DNA from: Klebsormidium nitens
Taxonomy: Eukaryota > Plantae > Klebsormidiophyceae
Length of the DNA stretch: 48,449 nucleotides
Direction: 5' to 3'
Assembly: GCA_000708835.1 (NCBI GenBank)
Contig: DF237586.1
Coordinates: 1-48,449, forward strand
Shown here: piece by piece, positions 1 to 11,900 of the stretch
How positions within the stretch are numbered: position 1 is the first letter of the stretch
Layout: each line of letters begins with the position of its first letter
The notes under the pieces: generated by a model
The model's input: only the letters and a program-made list of their open reading frames with translations
What the model was told of the DNA's origin: nothing
The model's database searches: none
Made by a program: the position numbers and the translations under genes

Positions 1-233
1 TGAGTGAGAGTGGATGACTTGGAACGCAGAGTCAGTGTGCCAGCCTGGGCCGGATGATCATCATGTTGGAGGGGCGCCACCACTGCCAGGAGGATTGGAT
101 TCGATAGCATATTTAATCAAGAGCAAGCGTTCAAGCTTGCCATACGGTATAATAATACAGGCATTGGGGGAACAACTGCACACGAACCCTTCTTTGGCTT
201 CGGTCAACACACCATGGGCACTCTAGAAGGCAC

Positions 234-847
234 TCATTGACGCACGTCTGAGCAATGCACTGCTGCACATGGGTGATGAATGCAGGACATACAAGAAGCT
301 GGCCATGCGCGCAGGCCAAGGTGCTTGCAGGAGCCTGATGGGGTGGTGCAATGTTCGGCTTTGTCAGATACATCATCCTTCTTAGCATTGACCTCTGTAG
401 CTTCTTCTGTTCTCTGTTTCTTGTGGTTTGGATCCTTGGCTTCTTGCTGTTCAGCTTCACAAGCTTCCAGTTTCTGCGAACTCTCTTCTCGACCCTCACC
501 ATCTGAGGGTTGACCGGCAAGTAGGCTTCTAGCAGCATTGTAGAATGTGGAGTCGATAGAGCGCCGTTCTGACCAGGGACATGCCCATGCATTGATTGAG
601 GTACAGACATACGCCCAAGCTTTCTCAGGATTCTTAGCTTTGACAGCGGCCTCAACCTTTTTAGCATGTGGGAAGTCCACTTGAAGAGAGCCTCAAATGG
701 GCACTTCAGCAACCTGCTCTCTGGTTATAGATCTACCTCCCTACCAGCGACTGCTCCTCGAATCTTTGCCCATGTAGAAGCCCCCAGGGCTATCAGAGCG
801 TGCTCTTTTCCTTTGAGATCCTGGAGCCGCACTGTATGGAGTGGCAT
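234..847 (-). CDS. Possible exon(s) of an unidentified gene at the left edge (Glu/Lys/Ala-rich ORF 234-680, possible first exon 847-745)
   Basis: 148-codon ORF with coding-like composition (AKKVEAAVKAKNPEKAWAY...EEATEVNAKKDD) and no early in-frame ATG. A phase-1 GT donor at 744 and an AG acceptor at 680 would join it to ATG 847. No family recognised, and it overlaps the antisense ORF 666-1145. Confidence 0.3.
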
Positions 848-2519
848 CCTGGCAGCGTCTTTGCTGAGCGGGCCATGGACTGGTGGTAGCTCTCAAGCTG
901 TCGTCTTGGAAAGCAGACAGGCGATCAGTGATGCTCTAGCTCAACAAACTATGAAGGATCAGCACTCCAGCCTTCTAAGACAGAGGGTGACAAGCGGCAA
1001 GCCAGTCGCTGCCCCGATGGCCCAGGCAGCGGTTAAAGAAGCAGCCAGTGACACCAAGTCCCCCGTGCGGTCAGAGGGGTACCTGAACGCTAAGGGGCAC
1101 AACGGTCAAATCAACCGCGTCTACTACTCTGTCCCCAAAGGCCAGGTTTGGGTCTTACCCTCACACCCTTTCTAAAGCTAGGTCTTTTGAAGGCTCTGAC
1201 CATCAAGAGATGGACATATGGGTGTCAGTGCAGCGCTAGGCAGAACAAGTGACGTGCAGGAAGTGTGTTCCAATCTGTGCTCGATGCCCAAACCTAGTTG
1301 AGAATGATGTCTGTGGTCAAATATGAATCATGCCGACTGTAGCCATTCCTGCGTCTTGGTACAAAGCCGGTTTCTAGAGTCTGACTTTCTCGAGCTTGTG
1401 GACAGGGACACTTTCAACTTATGACTCGCTCTGGACACTCCCTCAAAACTCCTAACTTGCCTAAACTGGTGCACACATCGTGATCGCCAGTCTGCTTGTA
1501 TGCTGACTTCATGTCGCATGTCCCTCTCGCAGGCTGCCACTCAGAACGCTCTGTACTTTGTTGGGGACTACGTTGACGGCGACGGAGACGCCCTGATTGA
1601 GCGGCTTAACACCGGGGAGGGCGTCGCGGCGACTCTCCTCCCAAAGTTAGACCCGGGGTCAAACCTGTTCATTGTGTACCCCTCCATGTACCAGGACCGC
1701 ATCTGGGCGTGCTACACCAGCATGCTCCCCGCCACTAGCCGCACCGGCGAACCCCTGGGCTTCGATGGGAAAGACCCCATGGCTGCGCGGCAGCTGGGGG
1801 CCCTGCTCCAGGACGCCCTCCGACAAATTTCGGCCTTCCCTGAGGGGACCCAAGGGGGGAACGAGGAAGCGTCTGCGAACAATGAAGCGGGCCGGTCAGC
1901 AGCCGGACTGCCGGTGGGACATACGGAGACGTCCGTTCCCGGCGTTTCGGCACCCTCCGCTTCCGCGTTGCCCACTTTCGTCATGGGCTTCTCCAAGGGT
2001 GGGGTCGTGCTGAACGAGATCCTTGCAGAGATAGCCGCTCTGGAGGACCGCCGGCCAGCAAGCGGCGCCAGTGGGCGAGAATCTAATACCGTGGGGAAGG
2101 TGCGCTCATATACGAGTTCGTCTGGAGGGGCGAAGTCCTCTGGGGAGGGTTTCAGCGGAGCGGAGGCCTTCCTCGAGAGCATCACCGAAGTACACTATGT
2201 CGACGTCGGGCTCATCTGTCCCGGCGCATACCTTACCGACCCGCAAAAGCTGAGCAACGTGGTGCGGAGGGGGGCAAGGAATCCTCTTACGATCGGCCTA
2301 CATGGAACCCCCCGGCAGTGGGAAGAGAGGCGGCGGCCATGGATAGGGGAGGAGAAGGACCGCATGCTGGCGACCCTGCGCGCAGAAGCAGCGGCTGCTG
2401 GTGCGAACAGTGGCTTCGAGGTCTTTGAGAGGGGCTACTGTGAAGGGGGAAAGGTTGGCATGAGAATGCACTTTGAGATCGTCGATCTGGCGGACTTTGG
2501 ACGGCCAGGACCGGCATAG
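666..2519 (+). CDS. UPF0565 / C2orf69-like alpha/beta-hydrolase-fold protein, 2 exons (666-1145, 1533-2519)
   Basis: Motifs NALYFVGD, GFSKGGVVLN (GxSxG elbow), HYVDVG, HGTPRQW and MHFE. Phase-0 intron CAG|gtttgg ... gctgac ... ctcgcag|GCT. The start could instead be ATG 950 or 1017. Confidence 0.85.
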
Positions 2520-3670
2520 AAAGATTCGGGATATTGTACAGGAAGCACTGAACTTTAGTGGAAGGATTGTGTTGTTCTGCTATTTCGCTGTAAGTCTGCT
2601 CTACACTCGAACTAGGTGAAGGAATAGTGCACCGCTTCTGAAAGGACTCCATGGTGGCCAATGAAGCGCACAATGTCCTTTTGTACAGGCGTGTACTCGA
2701 GGCCAGCGGGGTTGAAAGATTTGACATGCTCGTCAAAAGCTTCTTAATCAAATTACGGGCCAGACCAGGTAGTGGACAGTTGTGCTTGCATGCAACCGCG
2801 TGACATGCATACATAGTGCATATCTGATCGATATTATGCGACTGGTGCAGTAGGGCGCAATCAGCTGTTGCTTACAGACTATGCCCAAGGAGTTTTGGAT
2901 TCCGACATTCCCGTCATTACGATCGAGGCCGGATTAAGAGACCATCAAGCTTCATATGGACGGTCATGCTGCCATGGGCCGCATGCAGATTTGATTCGTC
3001 TATTGCCCGCATAATTGCCAAAATGTATATGTACGTGTGTACGTTTTGCATGATGTGTACTTAGTATGACATGACTATAATATACATCGGGCTAGTCTCA
3101 TTGCAAGCACGAAAGTTGCAAGTTCATGCAGGAAGCAGCATGTTATCTTTACAAGAAGTCAGGCCAGGCTGGGCCAGGCTCGGGTGGAATGTAGCACGGG
3201 ACCTTCTTTGGCATGGAATTGTTATCATATCAGCTAGCTGCAGCAAGCTCCGACAATCTGCATGAAACCGCAAATGCGGGTGTTACAGCCCTCGGCGCAG
3301 TCATAGTATTTGTATATGATCTCCAAGTCTACAAATCGACTAAGTATCATTCAAATTAGTTTGAAATACGTCGGCCCGTCATGTAGACCCGTTGGTCTTC
3401 ACACGAGTTCCTCCCAAAAATTTGGAAGGAAGGTATTCAACGGACACGAAATACTACGACACCGTGTCAGGACACAAAAGATTAGATCTCGTGCTCGTTT
3501 GCACGGACTCACGAATATTGCCTGCGGCCAACGAGGCTTTGACCAGTGACCGCAGTCAGCCAGCGTCACGAGTGGCGATTCATGAGAAACCGCCACCATT
3601 CCTTTTTTACCCCAACAACTTTCGACAGACAGGGCCAGCTATTTACTGACCAGAGAGCCTTCCGCATGGA

Positions 3671-6057
3671 CTACCGTTTCCGTTTTCTGCGCCTCGCAGG
3701 CTGCCCACTTGCGGCCGTCCCGACTGCATCCAATCCCTGGTCCGAGCAGCCAAAGAGATCGGGGCTCAGCTTGAGCTCCTGCTGCAGCGTGTACTTGAGC
3801 TCGATGGGAATCTCGTCCGCCAGCCGCTTCAGCAGCACCTTCCAATAGGCGCCCACTTTGATTTGCAACCCCTCCGCCCGTTCTAGCTCTGCCGTTGCAG
3901 GGGCCCCAAACCGCTGCCGTAACCGTGTCCTCGCCTTGCCCACGCTGTCCTGCAGGTAGTGCGAATTGCTCGTAAAGATCACTGTCCGCCCCTTCTCCTT
4001 CGCCCGCTCTACGTATGCCAGCCCGCTCGCTTCAAACCGCGCCAGGCCATCTTGCAGAGCTCTTCTCCGTTGCTGCACCATGGCCGAGTGCTCGAGCGGC
4101 AACCCCTCAAGCGCCGCAAGCCCTTCGGTCAGCGCGGCCGCCTTGACTTCTCTCACCAGCGCACAGCAGGTCAGGTGCGCCTTCCCCACCTCCTCCTGGA
4201 CCAGCTCTCGCAGTACAGCTTCCTCGCCCCCGACAGAGCCCCCCAAGCCGAGCAGCTTAATCACGATTTTGTCTCGGTAGCTCTGCTCATAGAACTGTGA
4301 AGCCCTGGCCTGGAGCCGCCCATAGAAATTCTCCAGCACCGTTGCGACGGCCGACGACGGCCTTTCGCCCCAGCACTCTTCCCAAGCCAGGGCGCCCCCT
4401 GCCTCGGAGGCTTGGAGGAACGAGAACGATTGCGGAGCTATTAAAGCAGAGGGAGCGCCGTTCGTCGTTTTGGAGACGCGCCGCCGTTTTGCAGTGCTCT
4501 GCCAAAGTAGAAGAAGCGTGCTTGATTTAGTTGCATCATTGCGTAAAATTGATCCCACAGGAGGTGGCGTTGATTCTGTCGAACGCACGGCGAAACATAA
4601 AAGATCTTGAAAATTGAATAAGCAGTATTAAGGAGAACACGCCGAGGACCAGAGGTGGGAGAAAACTGCACGGACGAGCATGACAAGTCCCCAGAGGTCC
4701 TGGTCCATGACATGGGGCAATCATCAGACAGCTACACAGGAATAGAAGGATACCAAGACGCACCTGGTGAGAGGCATTTTGGCCTGCCATAAGGACGCCA
4801 ATGTCAAACGCAGGGCCTGCTGCTGGAAGGGAAGCGGTGGGCGCAATACAGACTGCTGGGGCTTGCACTGGAGGGCTGTAAACGGGGATGGGGCTGAGCG
4901 AAGGAAGCACACTGAATGGAGCGGTGTAGTAAGGGTATGGAGCTGGTGTTAAGTAAGGATATGTATAAGCCGCCGGCTGGAAGTAGGTGACAGGGTTCAC
5001 AACCAGCGGACAGGGTGCTGCAGGAACCAGCGGCGGAGAGAGCAAGGGGGGAGCTGGGGCGACGGTAGGGGGGCTGTCTGTCAGGCCAAACTCAGCTAGA
5101 AGGCTTTGCGTCTGAACTGTGTCTAACTCAAATAGGAACTTTCCGTTGGTGTAATAGTTCGCCTGCAGGATTGGCCCAAACACCTCCTCGGTGAGAACAG
5201 GGCACTGCTCCCATAGCTGCACTTGGACCTGCAGCAAGCAAGCATAGAAGTATGGACATCAACATGGACAACGACGTTGCCTTCTCGAAGACCCGTGAAT
5301 TTGGGGGGCTGTCCCTGTAGAAGCAGATTGAAGAGAGGACCCCCTTAAAGCTTACAGACCATCTGTGCAAGTCTGTTCACCGAACTGAGCGACCGGAATG
5401 TGCAGTCTTTGAAGCACGTTACCAATGCGGCAAACAAAAGGCCTCCGGCTCTCTCACCTGAGCGGGAAACCGAGTTGCAGAGAAGTTGTTGCCACTCCAA
5501 GCAGTTCTGTCAATCTCAAGGCCACCATTGCTGGTCGCACGGAAAACCCCGCTCAAGGTTCGGCTTTGGTAGTTGAAAAGAAAGAGCGGCAGCCCCGGAG
5601 TTATAAGGCGGACATAACTATAGTGATTAGAGGGGAGACCTGAAGAAAAGGCACCACAATGTCAATGCCAGGGACTCTAGCGACCTTTGTCTTGACAGAG
5701 GCAACCTTTCTTTATGGAGGACACAGCATTGTTACATGGTATGCACAGCTTTGTCTATCTTGAGCACTCCTTGAACAACAGATAAAGTGTCGACTGGCCG
5801 TCTGGGTTGATTGTGGACAACCACCGTAGTCAGAACAAACACGTGAATATCAGACATGAGATGCTTTTTAACATGGCTTAGGCAGTCCACGAGACCGCAG
5901 ACCCACCGAAAAGGCCCTTGCGTAGACAATCTGACTCTGTAGAGTTGGTGCAGCCCAAGATCACTCCGGCAAGTTCGGTGCAGCTAAGTTTTCTGCTGGG
6001 GGGGACGAAAGCTTGATGCCTCAAATGAGGAGAAAGGCCATACTTCTTCGCCCCCAT
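3671..6057 (-). CDS. DCD-domain protein fused to a dynamin/Mx-like middle (stalk) + GED region; exons 6057-5907, 5639-5458, 5228-4764, 4498-3671; about 541 aa
   Basis: The DCD domain reads LAGVILGCTNSTESDCLRKGLFG|LPSNHYSYVRLITPGLPLFLFNYQSRTLSGVFRATSNGGLEIDRTAW...RFPAQ|V...FLFELD. The C-terminal exon has EAVLRELVQEEV, VIFTSNSHY and AYWKVLLKRLADEIPIELKY. All three introns are GT-AG with matching phases. Confidence 0.8.
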
Positions 6058-6913
6058 CCTCAACGAAACAATAACCAGCCTCGTGCCCTGATGGCAGAGG
6101 AACTCTTGAGCAACTTTCGCGCAGGCTCTGAGCTCCGTCCGTTTCTGGGTCCGAAGTCTGGAAAGTACCACAGCGCACGCTCCTTGCACAATCTGGCCCA
6201 CTTGCACAAAACAAATTAAAGCTTGCCACACCGGGCTGATCACTTGCAAAATCCGGGACGAGCACAGCGACACCAATCTACCTAAACGATCGCCATCCAC
6301 AGGAGGGATATTAGATCTGAAGCTGCGTAGTTTTAGCCCCTCCCCCTTGGCGAGCTCGCAGAAAGAGGTCACCGTTCCCAGGGAAACGATGACAATGGGC
6401 TCATGATATCCAGAAGCGCTAAGTTAGCTACCTCATCAATGACATCGAGTCATGCTCTGCCATGCTCTGCCTGCATGTGCACATGGCGATACCTATATCG
6501 AGCTGGCGGCCCGCCGGCGCGCCTTTGCCGAGGCGCGGCCGCGCCGTCCGGCACAAGGCGGCCGCGCGTCGCCTCCCGGCACAAGGCGGCCGCGCGTCGC
6601 CTCGGGCATGATGAACTTACTTATCGGAAAGGTCACGGTGCTCACTGCACGGCGCACGCACGCTTTCGAACAGGTCAGAATCGAAGGGATTGCCCAGGAC
6701 TGCCCAAATTTCGTGATCAGGTGCTCCGCATCTGGCTGCGTTGCCTTCACCTTGAACGATGTCACCAGTAGTCAACCTCTCTCATGGTTGAAGAAACGAC
6801 GAGGGTGACATTGAATCAACACGTTTGCTCAAGATTTCGGCTGACGCTGACAATCCCAAGAAAGCCACTAGGGGGCCACTAGTGGCAGTAGTTCCGCTTT
6901 TAGCTGAAGGGCA
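6058..6913. promoter_or_regulatory. Inferred bidirectional promoter/5' UTR region between the DCD-stalk gene and the rhodanese gene
   Basis: Head-to-head ATGs 856 bp apart, with a GC-rich core at about 6505-6605. Confidence 0.5.
6548..6603. repeat. Exact 28-bp tandem duplication (ccggcacaaggcggccgcgcgtcgcctc x2)
   Basis: Copies at 6548-6575 and 6576-6603 are identical. Confidence 0.95.
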
Positions 6914-7899
6914 ATGGCGGCGGAGTATGGGAATGACAAAGAGCGGCTGGACGGAGTGATTGGAACGTATCGGGCCAAAAAGGCGGACTCGTTTCCCAAT
7001 GTGGAAGACCTGACGCCAGCAGAGGCACTCTCTCTCAGCCCTGAATCTGTTCTGTTTGTTGATGCAAGGAGTGATGGAGGTAAGCGTTCAGTTTCTTTGG
7101 CCACCATAGAAATTTGTGTCAGCATCCTAATTCCAGGGGCGTCAGCGAATTCTAGAGATGAAAGGGTCCGATCGGAGTTTCAGCAAGCTCCAAGGTGAGC
7201 CTGTGTATGATCTTCAGCATCATATTAAAGTACTCCTTCCTCATGATGTTGGTCACTCCTTGTTTCGCTGATGGTTGATGATCAATCAGGCAAGGCTGTC
7301 AATCCAGTCAATCTGCAGACTCCACAAGGCTTATGTCCAGCCTCCTCCTATACTGCAGAGAGAGCCATATCCACAATCCCAGGAGCTGTAACAAAGGAGG
7401 AGTTCTTGCGGGATGGAGAGAAGCTTGCAGCCGGGAAGGACCTGGTCGTCACTCACTGCGCCCTGGGCGCAAGAGGAGGCAATCTGGCTAAGCAGATCAA
7501 GGATACACATCCAGACTTGAAGGTGAGGTCAGTATGATATTGGCTGTTGAGCCAATAGTTGGTTCAAGTCAGCTTGGCAGAATCCAGGACAAGCAAGACA
7601 ATGGCTGCTTTTAACATTTTGAAAGGAGTCTCCGCCAGATTTGGAAAAAAAGGACACATTTCTTGGTCAATCAAGTTCCATAGGTTGAACCCATTTGAGA
7701 TCCTCTATGAAAGGTAGATCTTGTTGCCCTTTTGCAGGTCAAGAATCTCGAAGGTGCCCTCCTTGCTTGGGCGCATGCAGGTGGGCCTCTTGTTGATGCA
7801 AGTGGTGCACCCACAAAGAGCTTTCACCCCGGTGGTCCTGGACAGCTTAAGTTTGCACCAAAAGAGAATGGTTATGAGGCCAAGCTCGAGGAGCAATGA
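6914..7899 (+). CDS. Single-domain rhodanese / sulfurtransferase; exons 6914-7079, 7359-7522, 7738-7899
   Basis: VLFVDARSDGE-RAISTIPGA, active-site loop HCALGARG, and VKNLEGALLAW. Splice phases are consistent. Confidence 0.92.
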
Positions 7900-8554
7900 G
7901 GACCTTCAGCCCAGGTTAACTATCAGACGTCAAGTCTTCTTGCATATAGTGTATTCAAGTATTCAAGATTCGCTGTGGCGGTTGCGATGGTCTACTCTGC
8001 TTGGGTTGTTTGTTGAGTCGACAGATGAATTTTGGCGAGCTATTATAAAGCACACGTACTCTTGGCTTGTTGAACGCCTGTTGGATGTTTGTACACTGTG
8101 GCCCTTACTTTGTGCACGTGAAGGAAGACATAGCGGTAAGAGAAGGCTGCCGCACCTATTTTTGGCAGGAGCAAGCCAGCGCCATCCGGCCTGATCTGAG
8201 GTGCAACCGCACACCGAATCAGCGGAATGATTGATTACGTCGCATATGTACCCATTGATGTCAATGAAATACGTTGGTGAACGTCAAAATTTTAACCTAT
8301 GACCGAATTCCGCAAAGTCCCGGCTTCTGGCGGGCCTCCGCGTCCAACGAATTTGATGATGTCAACATTTTGAATGTCATATTCTCTCAAATGTTCGTGT
8401 CCTGTGTCCTTGCCTGAGACCTTAAATATCGCACTGTGTATGCTGTGATCGTGTAATAGCTGATCATTCATCTAAAATATGCACACGCGTAGCTAGATAT
8501 AGAGGTAGTTCGCACATGCACGGATTTTTCGCCTATCTCTGGTCGATGACATAA

Positions 8555-8588
8555 GATGCAAATGTGACCCTAGGGTCACATTTGCATC
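8555..8588. repeat. Perfect 34-bp palindrome gatgcaaatgtgaccctagggtcacatttgcatc
   Basis: Identical to its own reverse complement, no spacer, centred on CTAG. Confidence 0.98.
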
Positions 8589-8962
8589 CACCATGAGAGC
8601 TCTTGGTGGAGAGACCCTGACTCAAATGATCATAGCATAGCGTGATCGTGCATCCCACACCGCATGTTGAGGAAATCAATTTTAGTGACTGCCGCCGCCT
8701 ACTAGTATAGATCATGTGTCTGAAGAACACTCCATAGATCTCAAGTCAGCGAGACATCACAGCAACTACGATTTTTTCACTGCAGAAGCAATCGAGAGAC
8801 GGTGTGAGTGAACCAAGCTTTCACGGATTGTCACAGGTGAGCAACACTTCTGAGTACAGCCATACGGGCTGATGCATTTGTACAGGACTTGCCGACGAGA
8901 CCAGCGTCCAGAGCTTTGCTGACACCTATGAATCACCTAACAAACGGCTTAGCACCCATGTA

Positions 8963-11900
8963 TCACCATGGGTCTGCCGGCGGCTCCTTGGGCTCTGGTG
9001 CTGCGGGGGCATACCAGGCCCTTTCGGCCAAGATGAGCGTCAGCCGCTCCATCAAAGCCCGCAACGCAGCCCCTTCACGGGCTGCCAAAGGATTGAACAA
9101 AGAAGGCACGCCCGCCGTGCCCTGCAAGACAAAATGGGGCTTGAAGAACGCTTAAAGAAGTCCTGGCATGAAGTCGGGTGAATGCGATAAAAGGTCATGA
9201 AGCTGCTCTGCTGGGTGTTGCAAGAACGTCGTTGGGCCGTATTTGAAGTCTCGGCATGCGTGTCTCAATGTCACAAACTGCTAAATGCTAACTCCGCCAC
9301 ACTCTTGCTCCAACCGCACCAGAGTCACGTACGTTTTCTGGGGGTGCTTTGACCCTTTTTGGAATGCTCCGAACGCTGCCCAGCAAACCTCTCAGCTGCT
9401 GAAACGTTTACCCATATCAACCGTTTGCCTGAGCTTTGCATACCTTGAGCGTCCAATTCGACAACGACGGCGCCACATTCCACGACCGACCCGCATCAGA
9501 TGGGGCATCTCACCTCCCGAGCTTGGTACGTTTCGAGGAAGTGGTAGGCCTGCTTGTACTGGCCGCAGTGGAAGAGCAGCACCCCGTAGTCGCGCAGGTC
9601 CTTGTTGTCCAGCCCCAGCAGGCACAGCCGCTCCGACGCAGCCAGCGCGCGCCGCAGGTCGCCCGCCCCCACCGACGTCCAGATCCCGCGCTTCAGCCGG
9701 TACCTGACGCGAAGAACGCAAAGCTGGAGACATGTCGTGGAAGAGCGGCGGACCTCGTACACAGAACCTTGACTTAGCCACAGGAGACAGCATGTGCCGA
9801 CCTAAGAGAAAGGCTTTAAACAGGTTGGGGGTTCAGCCAACACTGTTTATTCGCATGCCGACCTTTGCCCCTCAACTCAGGCTTTGTAGTCTACGCCGCC
9901 AGTCACTCTTTGTGAGTATTTTCTACAAGAAAGCGGAGCACCCCGACAACCGAGGAGCGAACACCTTGAGCACGTCGTGCTATAGATGTGCGCTGCGCTC
10001 GCACTTACTTGGCCGACCGTGCCGCTGCTATTTCTGCACCCGATCCCCGACCCGCTTCCGAGTTATCCAGAAGGCCCGCCCCCAGCTGCGCTCCTTCGCC
10101 CCCCCGCGCTGCCGCCTCTGCAGCTTCGAGAAACCCACTTCCCGTACTGTTGGTGCGGTGCCATCGCCAGGGCCAGTAGGCACGCTTGAGAGCAGTCAGC
10201 ACCTGGGAACGAAGAGCAACAGGCTCAGAAAAGCAACAGCGTCCAGAATGCGATGCACACGGCCGATGACGAGTCACAACTTATGGGACTAGAACGAACC
10301 AGGGAGGCGGTCGATCAGTATCGGTTATTCACACGCTTCTGACATTTAGAACGCGTTAGGAGCAGGAGAAGAGTAGGAAACATGAGGGCGCCTCGTCCGA
10401 GCTTCGGCCATCATCGAGAAACGCCCATGACGAAATTACTGAAACCCAGCCGCAATACGAGCGTCTTTACCTCGGCCAAGAGCAGCACGGGCGTCAGCAT
10501 CACGGCCTCTCCCCGCAATACCAAGTCGGGGTCCAAGTCGAACTCGTTGTCCTCGTTGGGGGAAGCGCCTTCAGCACCTGGGCAAGATGAATGCTCTTGC
10601 AGTTGGTGCCACAATGGAATCTAGATTGATGCAAGGCGACTCTGATTTGTCCTTGCCATCTATCACGACTGTCATATCGCAAAGTCTTTTGTCAGTGGAT
10701 GAGCCATTTCTCCAGCGATGAAAATACCTGGCAAGAAGATCCTAAACACCCGGAATTACCCTACGGACGATCCCGGTGCAGTCGTTCCGTTTGGATCCAT
10801 TCCGTATCTTCGGAAGTTTGACCTTGTTCCGAAGTCGTTGCGCCTCACTTTGTTTCCACATTCGGCAAACTTCGTCATCTGACGTCATTTTCGAAGCAAG
10901 CAGGGCGCGTGGCAGTGGGAGGTCAACCAGGAACGTGGCTCACCGTCATCCCGGACGGCCTGCGGCTGCGGGAGAGTGATGGGGTCTGAGGGCAGCTGCA
11001 TCTGGACTTGGAAGTCGATGAACCCCCACCGCAAGAGCCGCTGGGCAATGTCGCTGTAGATGAGGGCCAGCATCATCGAAGTACCAACTCGTCGTGTAAG
11101 GACCTGATCGGCAGAAAGACAGAAGCGTCAGCTGCATGCAACAAGCTGCCCACCTGGAAGCACCCCAAGCCTTGCGCCTAACATACCTGGGGCGCCGATT
11201 TTCTTTCTGAATGTATGTAGGAGGTTTTGCCTGAATTCCGCAAGTCTGTTCGAGCAATAGCCTTGCCTTTGAGCCGGCCAGCATCGCTTTTCGAAGCAGG
11301 CGGTGTCATGAGACAAGTAATTGATCGGAACCTGACACCAACTTCTTGTTAACTTTCTCCAGGTTAATCTGTGCCAAAAAGGCCGCACATGGAGAAAAAG
11401 ACCTACCCCATTCAAGTAGGACTCCCTCGGATCATCCCTGGTCCTCATCTGAGCTCGCTTGAACCCCTGCAGGAATGGCAGATTTTGTCAACAATGACCT
11501 TTCATTGTTCGCCTCTACAAGCAGTAGAAAGTGCATGACGAGTGAAACGCTCAAGCACTCCACCGCCCCTTACAAGTATATGTCTTTAGAAGCTTTGTTT
11601 CAAATGATGGTGGTAGTGGTGACGAAGGCATGAATGTTTACCAAACAGATCAAGGCCTGAGGATAGCTAACCTGGTATACAAACAAATACTTGTTAAGAG
11701 CGTCAAAGACAGCCCGCGGTGTTCGTTCCTCCGCGCTTGTGGGCAGATGGTGATTGGCGACCTCGGCAGCCATCACGTCCAAACGCGACAGATACGACTC
11801 CACGGGCAGCGGGACCACAGAATGTGAGACCAACGCGTCGTCCTCCGCCGCAATCTCAAGCGCCGCTCGGGCAAGGTCTAATGTGGGGTCGTTTGTGATA

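Noticed and set aside
61-224. Minus-strand peptide SAHGVLTEAKEGF...PPT* as last exon of the left-edge gene
   Set aside because: The phase does not match the best donor of ORF 234-680, so no consistent model could be built.
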